From Gammaproteobacteria bacterium (GTDB taxonomy: Bacteria > Pseudomonadota > Gammaproteobacteria > UBA4575): 64,000 bases of DNA. How positions within the stretch are numbered: position 1 is the first letter of the stretch; each line of letters starts with the position of its first letter. Both the position numbers and the translations under genes were made by a program. Shown piece by piece: positions 1 through 11,758 of this stretch. Below the pieces are notes generated by a model. It was not told where the DNA came from and did not search any database. It saw only the letters and a program-made list of their open reading frames with translations. Location: the NCBI GenBank assembly GCA_965221955.1, contig CBDCTA010000029.1, positions 576,001 through 640,000 on the forward strand, in the 5' to 3' direction.

Positions 1-19
1 AATGTAGATATAGGAAAAC

Positions 20-751
20 TTATGATTTTATGTGGCCAACCCAAAGTGAGGTTGCCGCTGCAACGCCTACAGGCATTGCAAAAAAGTTCAGTCCCGGAAT
101 AATCGTCATAAACATCAATGCCGCACCCATACCTAAGCACAAGAATCGATTTTGTTTAATCAGTGTTAATTGTTCCTTAAATTTCATGTCACGATTACCC
201 AAAGGATAGTCTAGATATTCTATTGCTAGCATCCAGGCACCAAATAGAAACCATAAAAACGGTGCGAATACGTTTAAGCCAGGAATAATGGATATGATGA
301 GCAATGGGATTGCACGGCTGATGATATAAAATAGCTTTCGCATTTCATTGCTTAAGCCCAAACCGGCACCTTTCAACAAGTCCATGTAGCTACTGCTGCT
401 TATTTCTTTCTCAAAGCCTTGATTAGTGAGTTGCTGTTCTATTTTTTCTGACAACACACTGTTAAACGGTGCGCCTAAAAGATTTGCGATCAACGTAAAT
501 GCAAAAAACACCACCACTAAACTAGCAAGTACAATAAGCGGCCAAATTAGAAACTCCAACCATGCAAGCCAATTGGGTAATAATTGCTCTATATATGCGT
601 CTAATTTTGTATAGCCGAACCAAAAAGCCGTTGTAAATAAAATTAAATTAATTAACGTTGGCATCACTACATAACGTTTAACCCCACGCGATTTGATTAA
701 ACGAAAGCCATTTAATACTTGAGAAACCCCTTTAAGTGCGTCCGTAACCAT
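20..751 (-). CDS. cysZ: Sulfate transporter CysZ (EI24 family)
   Basis: 243-aa multi-TM protein with APFNSVLSEKIE and WMLAIEYLDYP motifs typical of CysZ. Confidence 0.88.
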   Translation of the reverse strand: MVTDALKGVSQVLNGFRLIKSRGVKRYVVMPTLINLILFTTAFWFGYTKLDAYIEQLLPNWLAWLEFLIWPLIVLASLVVVFFAFTLIANLLGAPFNSVLSEKIEQQLTNQGFEKEISSSSYMDLLKGAGLGLSNEMRKLFYIISRAIPLLIISIIPGLNVFAPFLWFLFGAWMLAIEYLDYPLGNRDMKFKEQLTLIKQNRFLCLGMGAALMFMTIIPGLNFFAMPVGVAAATSLWVGHIKS

Positions 752-791
752 GCAGAGAGATCTTTAAATATCTTTAACTTGCTATTTAAAC

Positions 792-1190
792 TTAAAGTGA
801 ATTAGGAAGTTCTACTGGTGCGCTTGCTTGCCACCCAGGCTTACGGTGTTCCACGGTAACATAGGTATAGATGCCGCCTCGGATATTAAAGTCACCTGTA
901 ATCCGCATAAATCGGGGCTTTAGCAAAGTTGCAATATCGCTTAGAATTTCATTAGTTATTGCTTCGTGAAATGCTCCTTTGTCTCTAAATGACGTCATAT
1001 ACAATTTGAGTGCTTTTAGCTCTACACATAGTTCGTCGGGAACATACTCAATTAAAAATTTGGCAAAGTCAGGTTGGCCAGTAAGCGGGCACAAGCAAGT
1101 AAATTCAGGAATACGAATACGAATGGTGTAATCGGTTTCAGTTTGTGGATTTTCAAAAGTTTCTAAATGTTGTGTATGAAGGTTCGTCAT
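792..1190 (-). CDS. queF: NADPH-dependent preQ0 reductase QueF (short type I)
   Basis: [28 protein letters not shown] and RGGI motifs; 132 aa. Confidence 0.95.
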   Translation of the reverse strand: MTNLHTQHLETFENPQTETDYTIRIRIPEFTCLCPLTGQPDFAKFLIEYVPDELCVELKALKLYMTSFRDKGAFHEAITNEILSDIATLLKPRFMRITGDFNIRGGIYTYVTVEHRKPGWQASAPVELPNSL

Positions 1191-1258
1191 TGGGGTTTAC
1201 TCTTTTGTAATGTACCTTTTGGTTAACTCATTTTAACGAATAACGAGTGAATATATAG

Positions 1259-4200
1259 ATGCGTCTTACATCAATTAAAATGGCGGGCTTTAAATCTTTT
1301 GTAGATCCGACCACTTTAGATTTCCCTACATCGATGGTTGGTATTGTTGGGCCAAATGGCTGTGGTAAATCTAACATTATCGATGCTGTGCGTTGGGTGA
1401 TGGGGGAGAGTTCTAAACATATCCGTGGCGATACTATGGAAGACGTAATTTTTAATGGTTCTTCCACACGTAAACCAATTGGTCAGGCCTCTATTGAATT
1501 AGTGTTTGATAATAGTGATGGCAAATTAGGTGGAGAATATTCTTCTTTTGCCGAGATTGCTGTGCGCAGACAAGTTACACGTGATGGGCAATCAAAATAT
1601 TATCTCAACGGAACCAAATGTAGACGTAAGGATATTGTTGGCTTGTTCCTAGGCACAGGTTTGGGTCCGCGCAGTTATGCAATTATTGAACAAGGCATGA
1701 TTTCAAGATTGATTGATGCCAAGCCTGATGAATTGCGTGTGTATTTAGAAGAAGCAGCCGGAATTTCTAAATATAAAGAACGTCGACGTGAAACCGAAAA
1801 TCGTATTCGTCATACACGAGAAAATTTAGATCGTCTGAATGATGTCATTGAAGAGATCACGAAACGCATTGAACATCTACAAAGACAAGCCAAGGCTGCT
1901 GAGAGATATAAAGTACTCAAAGCCGAAGAGCGTCAAGCAAAGACCGAGTTATTAGCTTTGCGTTGGCAAGCACATCAAGAAGATGTGCTAGAACGTAAGC
2001 ATTCAATGGAGCATAAAGAGACTGAAATTGAAAAAGTAGTTTCTGATATACGTGGTATAGAAGCAGAGATCGAAAAGCTTCGTCAACAACATGCGGATGA
2101 AACTGAGAAGTTTAATGAAGTTCAAGGTGACTATTATAAGTTGGGTGGCGAAATTTCACGTATTGAACAATCCATTCAACATGTTAAAGAACTTAATAGT
2201 CGTTATGACGAAGAGCTTACTCAAGTGCAAGAAGCTTGGGCAAAGTCTGAGAAAAGTTTGATCGATGAGCAAGCAAAGGCTAGCGATCTAGAAAATAAAA
2301 TTGCAGAAATAGAACCAAATTTAGCCGCTGCACGCGAAGAGCTCAGCTCGAATTCTGAAAAGTTAGGTGAAGCCGAGTCTAAGATGGCGAAATGGCAAGA
2401 TGCATGGGAAGCATTGAGCGAGAAAATATCTGAGCCTGCGCAAATTGTTGAAATCGAAGCCTCGCGCATTGAGCACTTAGAAAATCACCTAGAACAGCTA
2501 GCTGAACGCAAAGACAAATTGTTAGAAGACTTGCGCCAGTTCAGTAAACATAAAGATGCTAAGCAATCAGAAGACTTTGTTGCACGAGTGAATGAAACCA
2601 GCACTGCGTTGCAGGCGATATCGCCTAAAATTGTTGAGTTGGCTAAAAAAATCAGCACCGGTCGTGATGCTAGTCAAGCGCTTGGTGTGCAATTAGAAAA
2701 AGCACGTGAAAAACTACAAACCTTGCAAGCTGAGCTATCTTCGTTGCATGCATTACAGCGTGTGGTGTTGGGTGAGGAAGGTAAAGATGTGAGCAAATGG
2801 TTAGACCAACATGGTTTAAGTAAAGCGCCACGCTTAATGGATCAAATAAAAACAGAAGCAGGTTGGGAAGCCGCGGTAGAGACAGTGTTGGGTGATTATT
2901 TAGAAGCCGTTTGTGTGAAAGATTTGCAACAAGTTGCGGAGTCTTTAAGAGAAATTAAGACTGGTCGTATGATGGTGTTGAATCGTAGTGCAGGTACATC
3001 GCAACATGCAGAAAATACGCTTGCGAGTAAGGTTACTGCGCCCGTAAATTTATCCGATAAGTTAGGCAATGTGTTTACTGCCAGCAATATGCAAAGTGCG
3101 CTAAATAAAATTGCTTCGCTTGAAGCAGGTCAGTCAGTGATAACTCGTGATGGTGTATGGATGGGTCCAGGTTGGTTGCGTGTTTCAAGAATTGCTGCCA
3201 ACAAAGGCAATGTTCTGCAGCGTAAAAAAGAAATCCTTGCGCTTGAAAAGCAAGTTGAAGCGCAGCAAAGCACAATTGTCAAAATGGTCGCGGATTTGGA
3301 AAATTGTCAACGTGAGCTGTATGAAAATGAAAAACAGCGTGATCAAGTTCAAGCTAGTTTGTCTAATGCACAAAAAGTGCATGCTCAAGCTGAAGCAGAA
3401 ATGTCAGGCTGGGAGAGTGAAAAAGAGCATGTTGAGCGTCAAGAAGAGCAACTACGTGATTATCTTGAAGACGTAAATCGTCAAATACAACAATCAGAAG
3501 AAGAGCTCGTTGAGTCGCGTGAGTCTAAACAAAAGGCAGATTCGATCCTTGAGGTATTGAATGTTGATCGTAAGGCGTTACTAGAGCAACGCGATAATAC
3601 TGTTTTTCATCTAGATGGAGTGCGGAGTGAAGAGGTTGAGCGACGCGAGTCAACCCATCGTTTAGCGCTAAATTTGGAATCCTACCGAAGCTCTTTGAAT
3701 GCAACACATGCATCGCTTGAACGTATGAGAGAACAAGCTGAACATCTCAAACAACGAGAGCAGTCATTACATGAGTCAATAAAAGATAGTAGTACTCCAT
3801 TAACTGAATTGAATGCGAGTCTTAAAGAGTATGTTGATCAGCGCGTTAAAATTGAACACAGTCTTGCTGAGGCGCGCAGTGTTGCTCAAAAAACAGAAGA
3901 ACTAGTGCGTAGTAAACAAGAGCACAATGTTGAAACACAACGTAATCTTGAAGAGTATCGAAATGAGTTAAATCAACTTCAACTTGCATGGCAAGAAGCC
4001 AATGTGCGTAGTAAAACAGTGCAAGAACAATTACATGAATATGATGTTGCTGCCGAGGAGGTGTTGGAAAAACTAGAAGAAGACGCAACACTAGAGAAGT
4101 GGGAAGAAAAAACACAATCGCTTGAGCGTAAAATTAATCGTTTAGGGCCGATCAATCTCGCGGCCATTGGCGAGTTTGAAGAACATAACGAACGAAAAGA

Positions 4201-4759
4201 ATATTTAGACAAGCAACATGAAGATCTAATTAATGCGCTAGAAACGCTTGAAGATGCCATTCGTAAAATCGACAAAGAAACAAAAGATCGATTCAAAGAT
4301 ATTTTTGAGAATGTAAATAGTCATCTACAAGCGATGTATCCGCGCTTATTCGGTGGAGGTAAAGCGTTCCTTGAAATGACAGGCGATGATTTGCTTACTA
4401 CAGGAGTAGCCATTATGGCACGACCTCCTGGTAAACGACTTTCTTCGATTCAGCTCATGTCAGGTGGAGAAAAAGCACTTACTGCAGTCGCTTTAGTATT
4501 TTCCTTATTTGAACTTAATCCAGCTCCGTTTTGTCTATTGGACGAGGTCGACGCGCCGTTGGATGATGCTAACGTGACGCGCTTCTGCGATTTATTGAAA
4601 GACATGAGTGATCGAGTGCAGTTTATCTATATCACGCATAATAAGAATACTATGGAATATGCTAACCAATTGTTGGGAATCACAATGCATGAGCCTGGTG
4701 TGTCTCGAATTGTTTCCGTGGATGTAGATGCTGCAGCTGAAATGGTTGCGGTTTCCTAG
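1259..4759 (+). CDS. smc: Chromosome segregation protein SMC
   Basis: GFKSF, Walker A GPNGCGKSN, long coiled coils, hinge, MSGGEKAL signature, LDEVDAPLD. Confidence 0.98.
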   Translation: MRLTSIKMAGFKSFVDPTTLDFPTSMVGIVGPNGCGKSNIIDAVRWVMGESSKHIRGDTMEDVIFNGSSTRKPIGQASIELVFDNSDGKLGGEYSSFAEIAVRRQVTRDGQSKYYLNGTKCRRKDIVGLFLGTGLGPRSYAIIEQGMISRLIDAKPDELRVYLEEAAGISKYKERRRETENRIRHTRENLDRLNDVIEEITKRIEHLQRQAKAAERYKVLKAEERQAKTELLALRWQAHQEDVLERKHSMEHKETEIEKVVSDIRGIEAEIEKLRQQHADETEKFNEVQGDYYKLGGEISRIEQSIQHVKELNSRYDEELTQVQEAWAKSEKSLIDEQAKASDLENKIAEIEPNLAAAREELSSNSEKLGEAESKMAKWQDAWEALSEKISEPAQIVEIEASRIEHLENHLEQLAERKDKLLEDLRQFSKHKDAKQSEDFVARVNETSTALQAISPKIVELAKKISTGRDASQALGVQLEKAREKLQTLQAELSSLHALQRVVLGEEGKDVSKWLDQHGLSKAPRLMDQIKTEAGWEAAVETVLGDYLEAVCVKDLQQVAESLREIKTGRMMVLNRSAGTSQHAENTLASKVTAPVNLSDKLGNVFTASNMQSALNKIASLEAGQSVITRDGVWMGPGWLRVSRIAANKGNVLQRKKEILALEKQVEAQQSTIVKMVADLENCQRELYENEKQRDQVQASLSNAQKVHAQAEAEMSGWESEKEHVERQEEQLRDYLEDVNRQIQQSEEELVESRESKQKADSILEVLNVDRKALLEQRDNTVFHLDGVRSEEVERRESTHRLALNLESYRSSLNATHASLERMREQAEHLKQREQSLHESIKDSSTPLTELNASLKEYVDQRVKIEHSLAEARSVAQKTEELVRSKQEHNVETQRNLEEYRNELNQLQLAWQEANVRSKTVQEQLHEYDVAAEEVLEKLEEDATLEKWEEKTQSLERKINRLGPINLAAIGEFEEHNERKEYLDKQHEDLINALETLEDAIRKIDKETKDRFKDIFENVNSHLQAMYPRLFGGGKAFLEMTGDDLLTTGVAIMARPPGKRLSSIQLMSGGEKALTAVALVFSLFELNPAPFCLLDEVDAPLDDANVTRFCDLLKDMSDRVQFIYITHNKNTMEYANQLLGITMHEPGVSRIVSVDVDAAAEMVAVS

Positions 4760-4822
4760 CTTTATTTCTTTCTATATAAACACTCTGTGCAAGTTTAGTC
4801 TGTTTAGGATTACGTAAACTAT

Positions 4823-5599
4823 ATGGAACTTGAGCTACGCATTGCATTATTGTTAATTGGTTTAGTAGTGATCGTGGTGCTGTACTTTTTTGGTAAATCC
4901 AAACGTGCAGTGCATCAACGTGAAGATAGTGAGTTTGACTTTTCCAGTAACGACCTTCCTGATCCGCTTGAAATTGATCAACCTCTAGATTTAGAAACAG
5001 ATCTTGTCAATGAAAAGAGCCAAATTAGTGATGCAGGTAATGAGCTAAATGATCTGTTACGAGAAGAGATTATAGAATCGCCACGTATAAGTATTCCTAA
5101 AGATAAGCCTTCTTTTAGTCATCAGCCCAGTCTGTTAGATGAAGATCCCGAGCCACTAGAATTAGAAGAAAAACTTGTGGTGTTACATGTTATGGCGCGT
5201 CGACCACAAAAGTTTAGTGGTAAAGGTATCGAAAGTTTAAGTAAAGAACTTGATCTTGAGCTTAGCGATAAGCAAATTTTTAATAAAAATGTCGAACGTT
5301 TTAGTGGTAAAAAAGCCCTTTATCATATGGTAAATATTGTAAAACCAGGCACCTTTGAAAAGCATTCAATGGACGAATTCGAAACACCCGGTTTAAGTTT
5401 CATATTAAATTTGCCAGGACCTGAGGAAGGTTTGCGAGCATTTAATATCATGCTTGAAGATGCAAAAAAATTTGCCGAGCGTTTAAATGGTGATTTACTA
5501 GATGAGTCACGTAGTCGTTTAAGCCCACAGATGACAGCTCATTTGCAAGAAGATATTCAATTATTCAGTTTAAAAAATCCCCGCCCTGTACAAGCATAA
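4823..5599 (+). CDS. zipA: Cell division protein ZipA
   Basis: N-terminal TM anchor, acidic/Pro linker, C-terminal VNIVKPGTF...TPGLSFIL domain; smc-zipA-ligA synteny. Confidence 0.88.
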   Translation: MELELRIALLLIGLVVIVVLYFFGKSKRAVHQREDSEFDFSSNDLPDPLEIDQPLDLETDLVNEKSQISDAGNELNDLLREEIIESPRISIPKDKPSFSHQPSLLDEDPEPLELEEKLVVLHVMARRPQKFSGKGIESLSKELDLELSDKQIFNKNVERFSGKKALYHMVNIVKPGTFEKHSMDEFETPGLSFILNLPGPEEGLRAFNIMLEDAKKFAERLNGDLLDESRSRLSPQMTAHLQEDIQLFSLKNPRPVQA

Positions 5600-5723
5600 G
5601 GAAACCCTGATTTATCCTGGCTATTTCGTTGTATAATGGCCTCAAATTCACTCATGTATGCTTAATACACATCGCTCTTTTCGGCATTTTATGCCTCATC
5701 CCAAGATAAATCAGGGCTTCTTT
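5597..5723. repeat. ERIC/MITE-like palindromic element, copy 1
   Basis: Terminal IR GAAACCCTGATTTATC (5601-5616) / GATAAATCAGGGCTTC (5705-5720); core TTCGTT...CTCATGTA...TACAC...GCCTC shared with other copies; begins at zipA stop codon. Confidence 0.75.
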
Positions 5724-5761
5724 GAGATTGGTATCAAATTTAAAGTATTTGTATAGCATAA

Positions 5762-7786
<2,025 letters not shown>

Positions 7787-7875
7787 ATTGTTTGACAACT
7801 GTTTATGGCTATTAGATAGTTTTGCTTATCATGCTTTGCTAACACTCAACTTGTCTAAATTTAGAGTACGAAAAC

Positions 7876-8247
7876 TTGAAGACTGAACGTAGAGCGGTAG
7901 CGCGCTATAGAGAAAAATTATCCGTGCAGATTGAAATGGATGATTATCGATTTGAGGCTACTACCACTGAAATATCTTTACAAGGCTTGCGAATCTTATG
8001 TGCAGGTCCTGTTGCTGTGTCAGTATTTAGTCAATACATACAGGTAACGCCTGGCGAGAATATTACCGCGAATATCCAGATTAAGACCCTAAAATCGAAT
8101 GGTTTATCAGATACTCTGAGTTGTATTGCTAGAGTAATCACTGTTAACCGTGTTTCTCAAGACAGTTATATCGTTGGGTTTAAAATCATAGAGTTTGCTG
8201 CTAGCGAGCAAGAACGTTGGCATGAATACATTGCTATAAAGCATTAG
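7876..8247 (+). CDS. PilZ domain protein
   Basis: RxxxR (RAVAR) and EISLQG (D/NxSxxG-like) motifs, beta-rich 123 aa. Confidence 0.7.
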   Translation: MKTERRAVARYREKLSVQIEMDDYRFEATTTEISLQGLRILCAGPVAVSVFSQYIQVTPGENITANIQIKTLKSNGLSDTLSCIARVITVNRVSQDSYIVGFKIIEFAASEQERWHEYIAIKH

Positions 8248-8302
8248 TAGATAAAAATGTCAGCTTCAAAGCGGATTGCAAAAGTATTAATAGGGAACTT
8301 CA

Positions 8303-8836
8303 ATGCATATTGTTCTGAGTATTATTACTGCCTTGGCAGGACTTGCTTGGGCGCTCACATCGTTACAAAAATCTGGTTTTGATATAAATTCCTTAAATCC
8401 ATTCCTTTGGCATCGTCGCAATTCTTGGCGTAAAAAATATGATGCAAAACCTATTTATAAATTATCTGAACCTCTTGATGTAGCTGCATTGCTTTTATTA
8501 GGTATAGCTAAATGCGAAGGTGAAGTGAGTACTGAGCAAAAAAATCAGCTTACTGAAATTTTTCAAAAGGATTTTCACTTAAGTGCAGACGACGCTTCAG
8601 ATCAACTGCTTGCGAGCTCGCACTTGCTGCGTGATGAAATTTATATCGTCGATAATATTGATAAAATTCTTGAGAAAAGTAGTACTAAATTTTCGTCAAG
8701 CCAAATATTATCATTGCTTGAATTGATGGAGCAGATTGCGAAGCTGGAAAGTCCTATTAATCAAGAACAAATTAAATTAATCAATGCTACACAGCAATAT
8801 TTTGCTAAAATAAAGAAAGGGCCTAGTGATTGGTAA
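8303..8836 (+). CDS. TerB/DjlA-N family protein with N-terminal TM helix
   Basis: AALLLLGIAKCEGEVSTEQ pattern typical of the TerB fold. Confidence 0.65.
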   Translation: MHIVLSIITALAGLAWALTSLQKSGFDINSLNPFLWHRRNSWRKKYDAKPIYKLSEPLDVAALLLLGIAKCEGEVSTEQKNQLTEIFQKDFHLSADDASDQLLASSHLLRDEIYIVDNIDKILEKSSTKFSSSQILSLLELMEQIAKLESPINQEQIKLINATQQYFAKIKKGPSDW

Positions 8837-8874
8837 AATCCTGATAATTCTTTCTAAATTTCGCAGCATATAAA

Positions 8875-9639
8875 TTGTCTAATATTCATCCAACTGCGGT
8901 TGTCTCATCTAAAGCAGAAATCGATTCCGATGTAAAAATCGGTCCATATAGCGTTGTTGAAGATCATGTCGTGATCGGTTCAGGGACTGAGATTGGCCCG
9001 CATTGTGTGTTGCATTCTCATGTGAAGCTTGGCAAGAGTAACCAACTGCATGCTCAGGTTGTGATAGGTGGCTTGCCACAAGACTTATCCTTTAGCGGTG
9101 ACGAGACTTGGGTCGAGATAGGCGATGAGAATATCATTCGTGAATACTGCACAGTGCATCGTTCGACCAATCAAGATGCTCCCACTACTTTGGGCTCCAA
9201 ATGTTACTTAATGACTTATGCACATGTTGCGCATGATTGCCAATTGGGTAATGAAGTGATTCTCACTGCTTATGTCGGTTTAAGTGGCCATATCGAAATC
9301 GGCGACAAGGCTAACTTGGGTGGGCACGTAGGTACACATCAATTTATTCGTATCGGTAAGATGTCGATGATTGCAGGTTATACACCTGTACGAAAGGATG
9401 TAATGCCATATTGTTTGTTGGGGGGTGATCCTGTACGTCATATGCGTTTAAACACTATTGGTTTACGCCGTTCAGGTGTAAAGGGTGAGCAATATAAAAA
9501 ACTTGAGCAAACCTTTCGTAATTTAAGAGAAGGTGCTTCGGTAGAAGATCAACAAGGCACGCCAGAGATTGATCATTTGCGCGAGTGGATGTTGGCGCCT
9601 TCTAAGCGTGGAATATATGGATTTTTAAAAGGAGGATGA
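8875..9639 (+). CDS. lpxA: Acyl-ACP--UDP-GlcNAc O-acyltransferase LpxA (stand-alone copy)
   Basis: IHPTAVV start, hexapeptide repeats, PQDL, HVAHDC, HQF, LNTIGLRR. Confidence 0.9.
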   Translation: MSNIHPTAVVSSKAEIDSDVKIGPYSVVEDHVVIGSGTEIGPHCVLHSHVKLGKSNQLHAQVVIGGLPQDLSFSGDETWVEIGDENIIREYCTVHRSTNQDAPTTLGSKCYLMTYAHVAHDCQLGNEVILTAYVGLSGHIEIGDKANLGGHVGTHQFIRIGKMSMIAGYTPVRKDVMPYCLLGGDPVRHMRLNTIGLRRSGVKGEQYKKLEQTFRNLREGASVEDQQGTPEIDHLREWMLAPSKRGIYGFLKGG

Positions 9640-9801
9640 GATCTGATTTATCCTCATACTTCGTAAAAAATAATTTCAACGTCGCCATGTGTGACCAATA
9701 CATATCGTTAGCTTCGATATTTTTTGCCTGGTTATGTCCATGGAAGGATTGTATGCCGGTTTTGCAGGAGCAAAAACCGGTCGGGAACAAATCAGAATCT
9801 A
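9638..9801. repeat. ERIC/MITE-like element copy 2 with nested ANGGA-hairpin insert (9736-9781)
   Basis: IR AGATCTGATTTATCC / GGAACAAATCAGAATCT; core ATACTTCGTAAAAAATAATTTC...TCGATATTTTTTGCCT matches the reverse complement of the 49234 copy. Confidence 0.75.
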
Positions 9802-9846
9802 TTTGAGTTTAGTTTTGTGACAAATTTACTTTTTAAATGGGTTTAA

Positions 9847-10362
9847 ATGTTTGTATTAATAAAAATACTATTTGATATCTGCCTGTTGCGCAAAGGGCCA
9901 GAAGATTTGCCAGCAAATAGTTCTTTAATGTGGGGGTTGGTAGGAGTGAGTTTAACGGTGTCTATTTTTTTAGGCATGATTATTTATGACACACATACTG
10001 CAATTTTCTCTAGTGTGTTGGGATTATTTTTTTCTTTTGTATTCACAAAAATTTTATTGAGTAAAAAACCAGAACGATTTATACAAACTTTCAGTGCGAT
10101 GCTCGGCGCCATTACTTTAATTAATCTGATTTCCTTGCCATTTGTTGCGCCACTGTCAAATGAAGACTTGGATAACAACATAGCAACTCTACTCAGTTTA
10201 CTTAGCTTTGCATTCTTGATTTGGGCGGTAATAGTATACGGATCAATATTTAGTCGAGCAATTTCCTCAACGTTTGGCTATGGGATTGCAATTAGTGTTG
10301 GGTATGTATTCTTAAGTATTGTTATTTTTGAGCTCCTTCTAACTGTAAAAGTACCAAGCTAA
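9847..10362 (+). CDS. Conserved hypothetical membrane protein
   Basis: About 5 TM helices, ICLLRKGPEDLP N-terminal motif; stop overlaps mpl start. Confidence 0.75.
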   Translation: MFVLIKILFDICLLRKGPEDLPANSSLMWGLVGVSLTVSIFLGMIIYDTHTAIFSSVLGLFFSFVFTKILLSKKPERFIQTFSAMLGAITLINLISLPFVAPLSNEDLDNNIATLLSLLSFAFLIWAVIVYGSIFSRAISSTFGYGIAISVGYVFLSIVIFELLLTVKVPS

Positions 10363-11744
10363 TGCATATACATATTCTTGGAATTTGTGGAACCTTTATG
10401 GGTAGTTTAGCCATTATCGCTAAACAGCTTGGTCATACGGTGTCGGGCTCTGACGTAAATGTCTACCCGCCCATGAGCACTCAATTAGAAATGGCAGGTA
10501 TCGAACTCATGAGTGGCTATTCTGTGGATCATTTATTTCCAATGCCGGATCAGATTATCGTTGGTAATGTTATTTCGCGTGGTAATGAAGTTGCCGAATA
10601 TTTATTAAATAACCATATTCCATTCACTTCTGGGCCTGCATGGTTGCATGATCATGTATTGCAAGAACGTTGGGTGCTTGCAGTAGCGGGTACGCATGGT
10701 AAAACGACTACCAGTAGCATGTTGGCTTGGATACTTGAATCGTCTGGTTTAAAGCCAGGATTCTTAATTGGCGGGGTGCCAGAAAACTTTGATTATTCGT
10801 CTCGGTTAGGTGATTCCAAATACTTCGTAATTGAGGCAGATGAATATGACACCGCTTTTTTTGATAAGCGGTCAAAATTCATACACTACTGTCCTCATAC
10901 CTTATTAATAAATAACTTAGAATTTGATCACGCAGATATATTCGATGATCTAGACGCAATAAAACGCCAGTTCCACCATCTTATCCGTATTCTGCCAAAC
11001 GATGGAAAACTTATCATTAATCAAGACGACAAAAACATACAAGATGTAATTGATATGGGATGTTGGACGCCAATCGAGTCATTCTCCACTAGCAACTCTA
11101 CAGCCACTTGGTTTGCAGATGATATTGATTTGCAAAATTCTCAGTTCACATTACAACAAAATAGTAAGCCACGTGGTTTAGGGGCACTAGGATTATTTGG
11201 TCGTCATAACATTGCAAATGCAATTGCAGCGATAGCTGCAGCGCAACATGCAGGAGTTTATGTTGAAGATGCATTACAAGCATTAACAACGTTTTCGGGC
11301 GTAAAGCGGCGTTTAGAACATAAAGGTACTTTTAATAATATCAGTATCTATGATGATTTTGCGCATCATCCAACTGAAATAGCAGCTACGATTTCTGCTT
11401 TTAAAGATCAACGTCCTGATGGTCGTATTATTACAATATTTGAACCACGTTCAAATTCAATGCGTTTAGGTATTCATATAGAGCATTTGGCTGAAGCGTT
11501 TAATCATGCAGACAAGGTTTTTATCTTTGACCCCAATGATTTGCAATGGTCGGTAAACGATGTGGCTAAAAACATTGTGGCTGAAACTAAAGTATTTTCT
11601 GCAGTTGATGATGTCATCTTAGACTTACTTAATGAAGTGAAGCCAGGTGACAATATTTTAATTCTTAGTAATGGCAGTTTTGATGGTTTATCTACAAAAC
11701 TTGTTTTGCAAATGTCTAATCGCGAATCTGGTGCGATACATTAA
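10362..11744 (+). CDS. mpl: Murein peptide ligase Mpl
   Basis: MHIHILGICGTFMG, AGTHGKTTTS, EADEYDTAFFDKRSKF, DDFAHHPT. Confidence 0.97.
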   Translation: MHIHILGICGTFMGSLAIIAKQLGHTVSGSDVNVYPPMSTQLEMAGIELMSGYSVDHLFPMPDQIIVGNVISRGNEVAEYLLNNHIPFTSGPAWLHDHVLQERWVLAVAGTHGKTTTSSMLAWILESSGLKPGFLIGGVPENFDYSSRLGDSKYFVIEADEYDTAFFDKRSKFIHYCPHTLLINNLEFDHADIFDDLDAIKRQFHHLIRILPNDGKLIINQDDKNIQDVIDMGCWTPIESFSTSNSTATWFADDIDLQNSQFTLQQNSKPRGLGALGLFGRHNIANAIAAIAAAQHAGVYVEDALQALTTFSGVKRRLEHKGTFNNISIYDDFAHHPTEIAATISAFKDQRPDGRIITIFEPRSNSMRLGIHIEHLAEAFNHADKVFIFDPNDLQWSVNDVAKNIVAETKVFSAVDDVILDLLNEVKPGDNILILSNGSFDGLSTKLVLQMSNRESGAIH

Positions 11745-11758
11745 ATTTTAATGTAATC

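Noticed and set aside
1191-1258. preQ1 riboswitch before queF
   Set aside because: 68-nt divergent spacer with no recognisable aptamer
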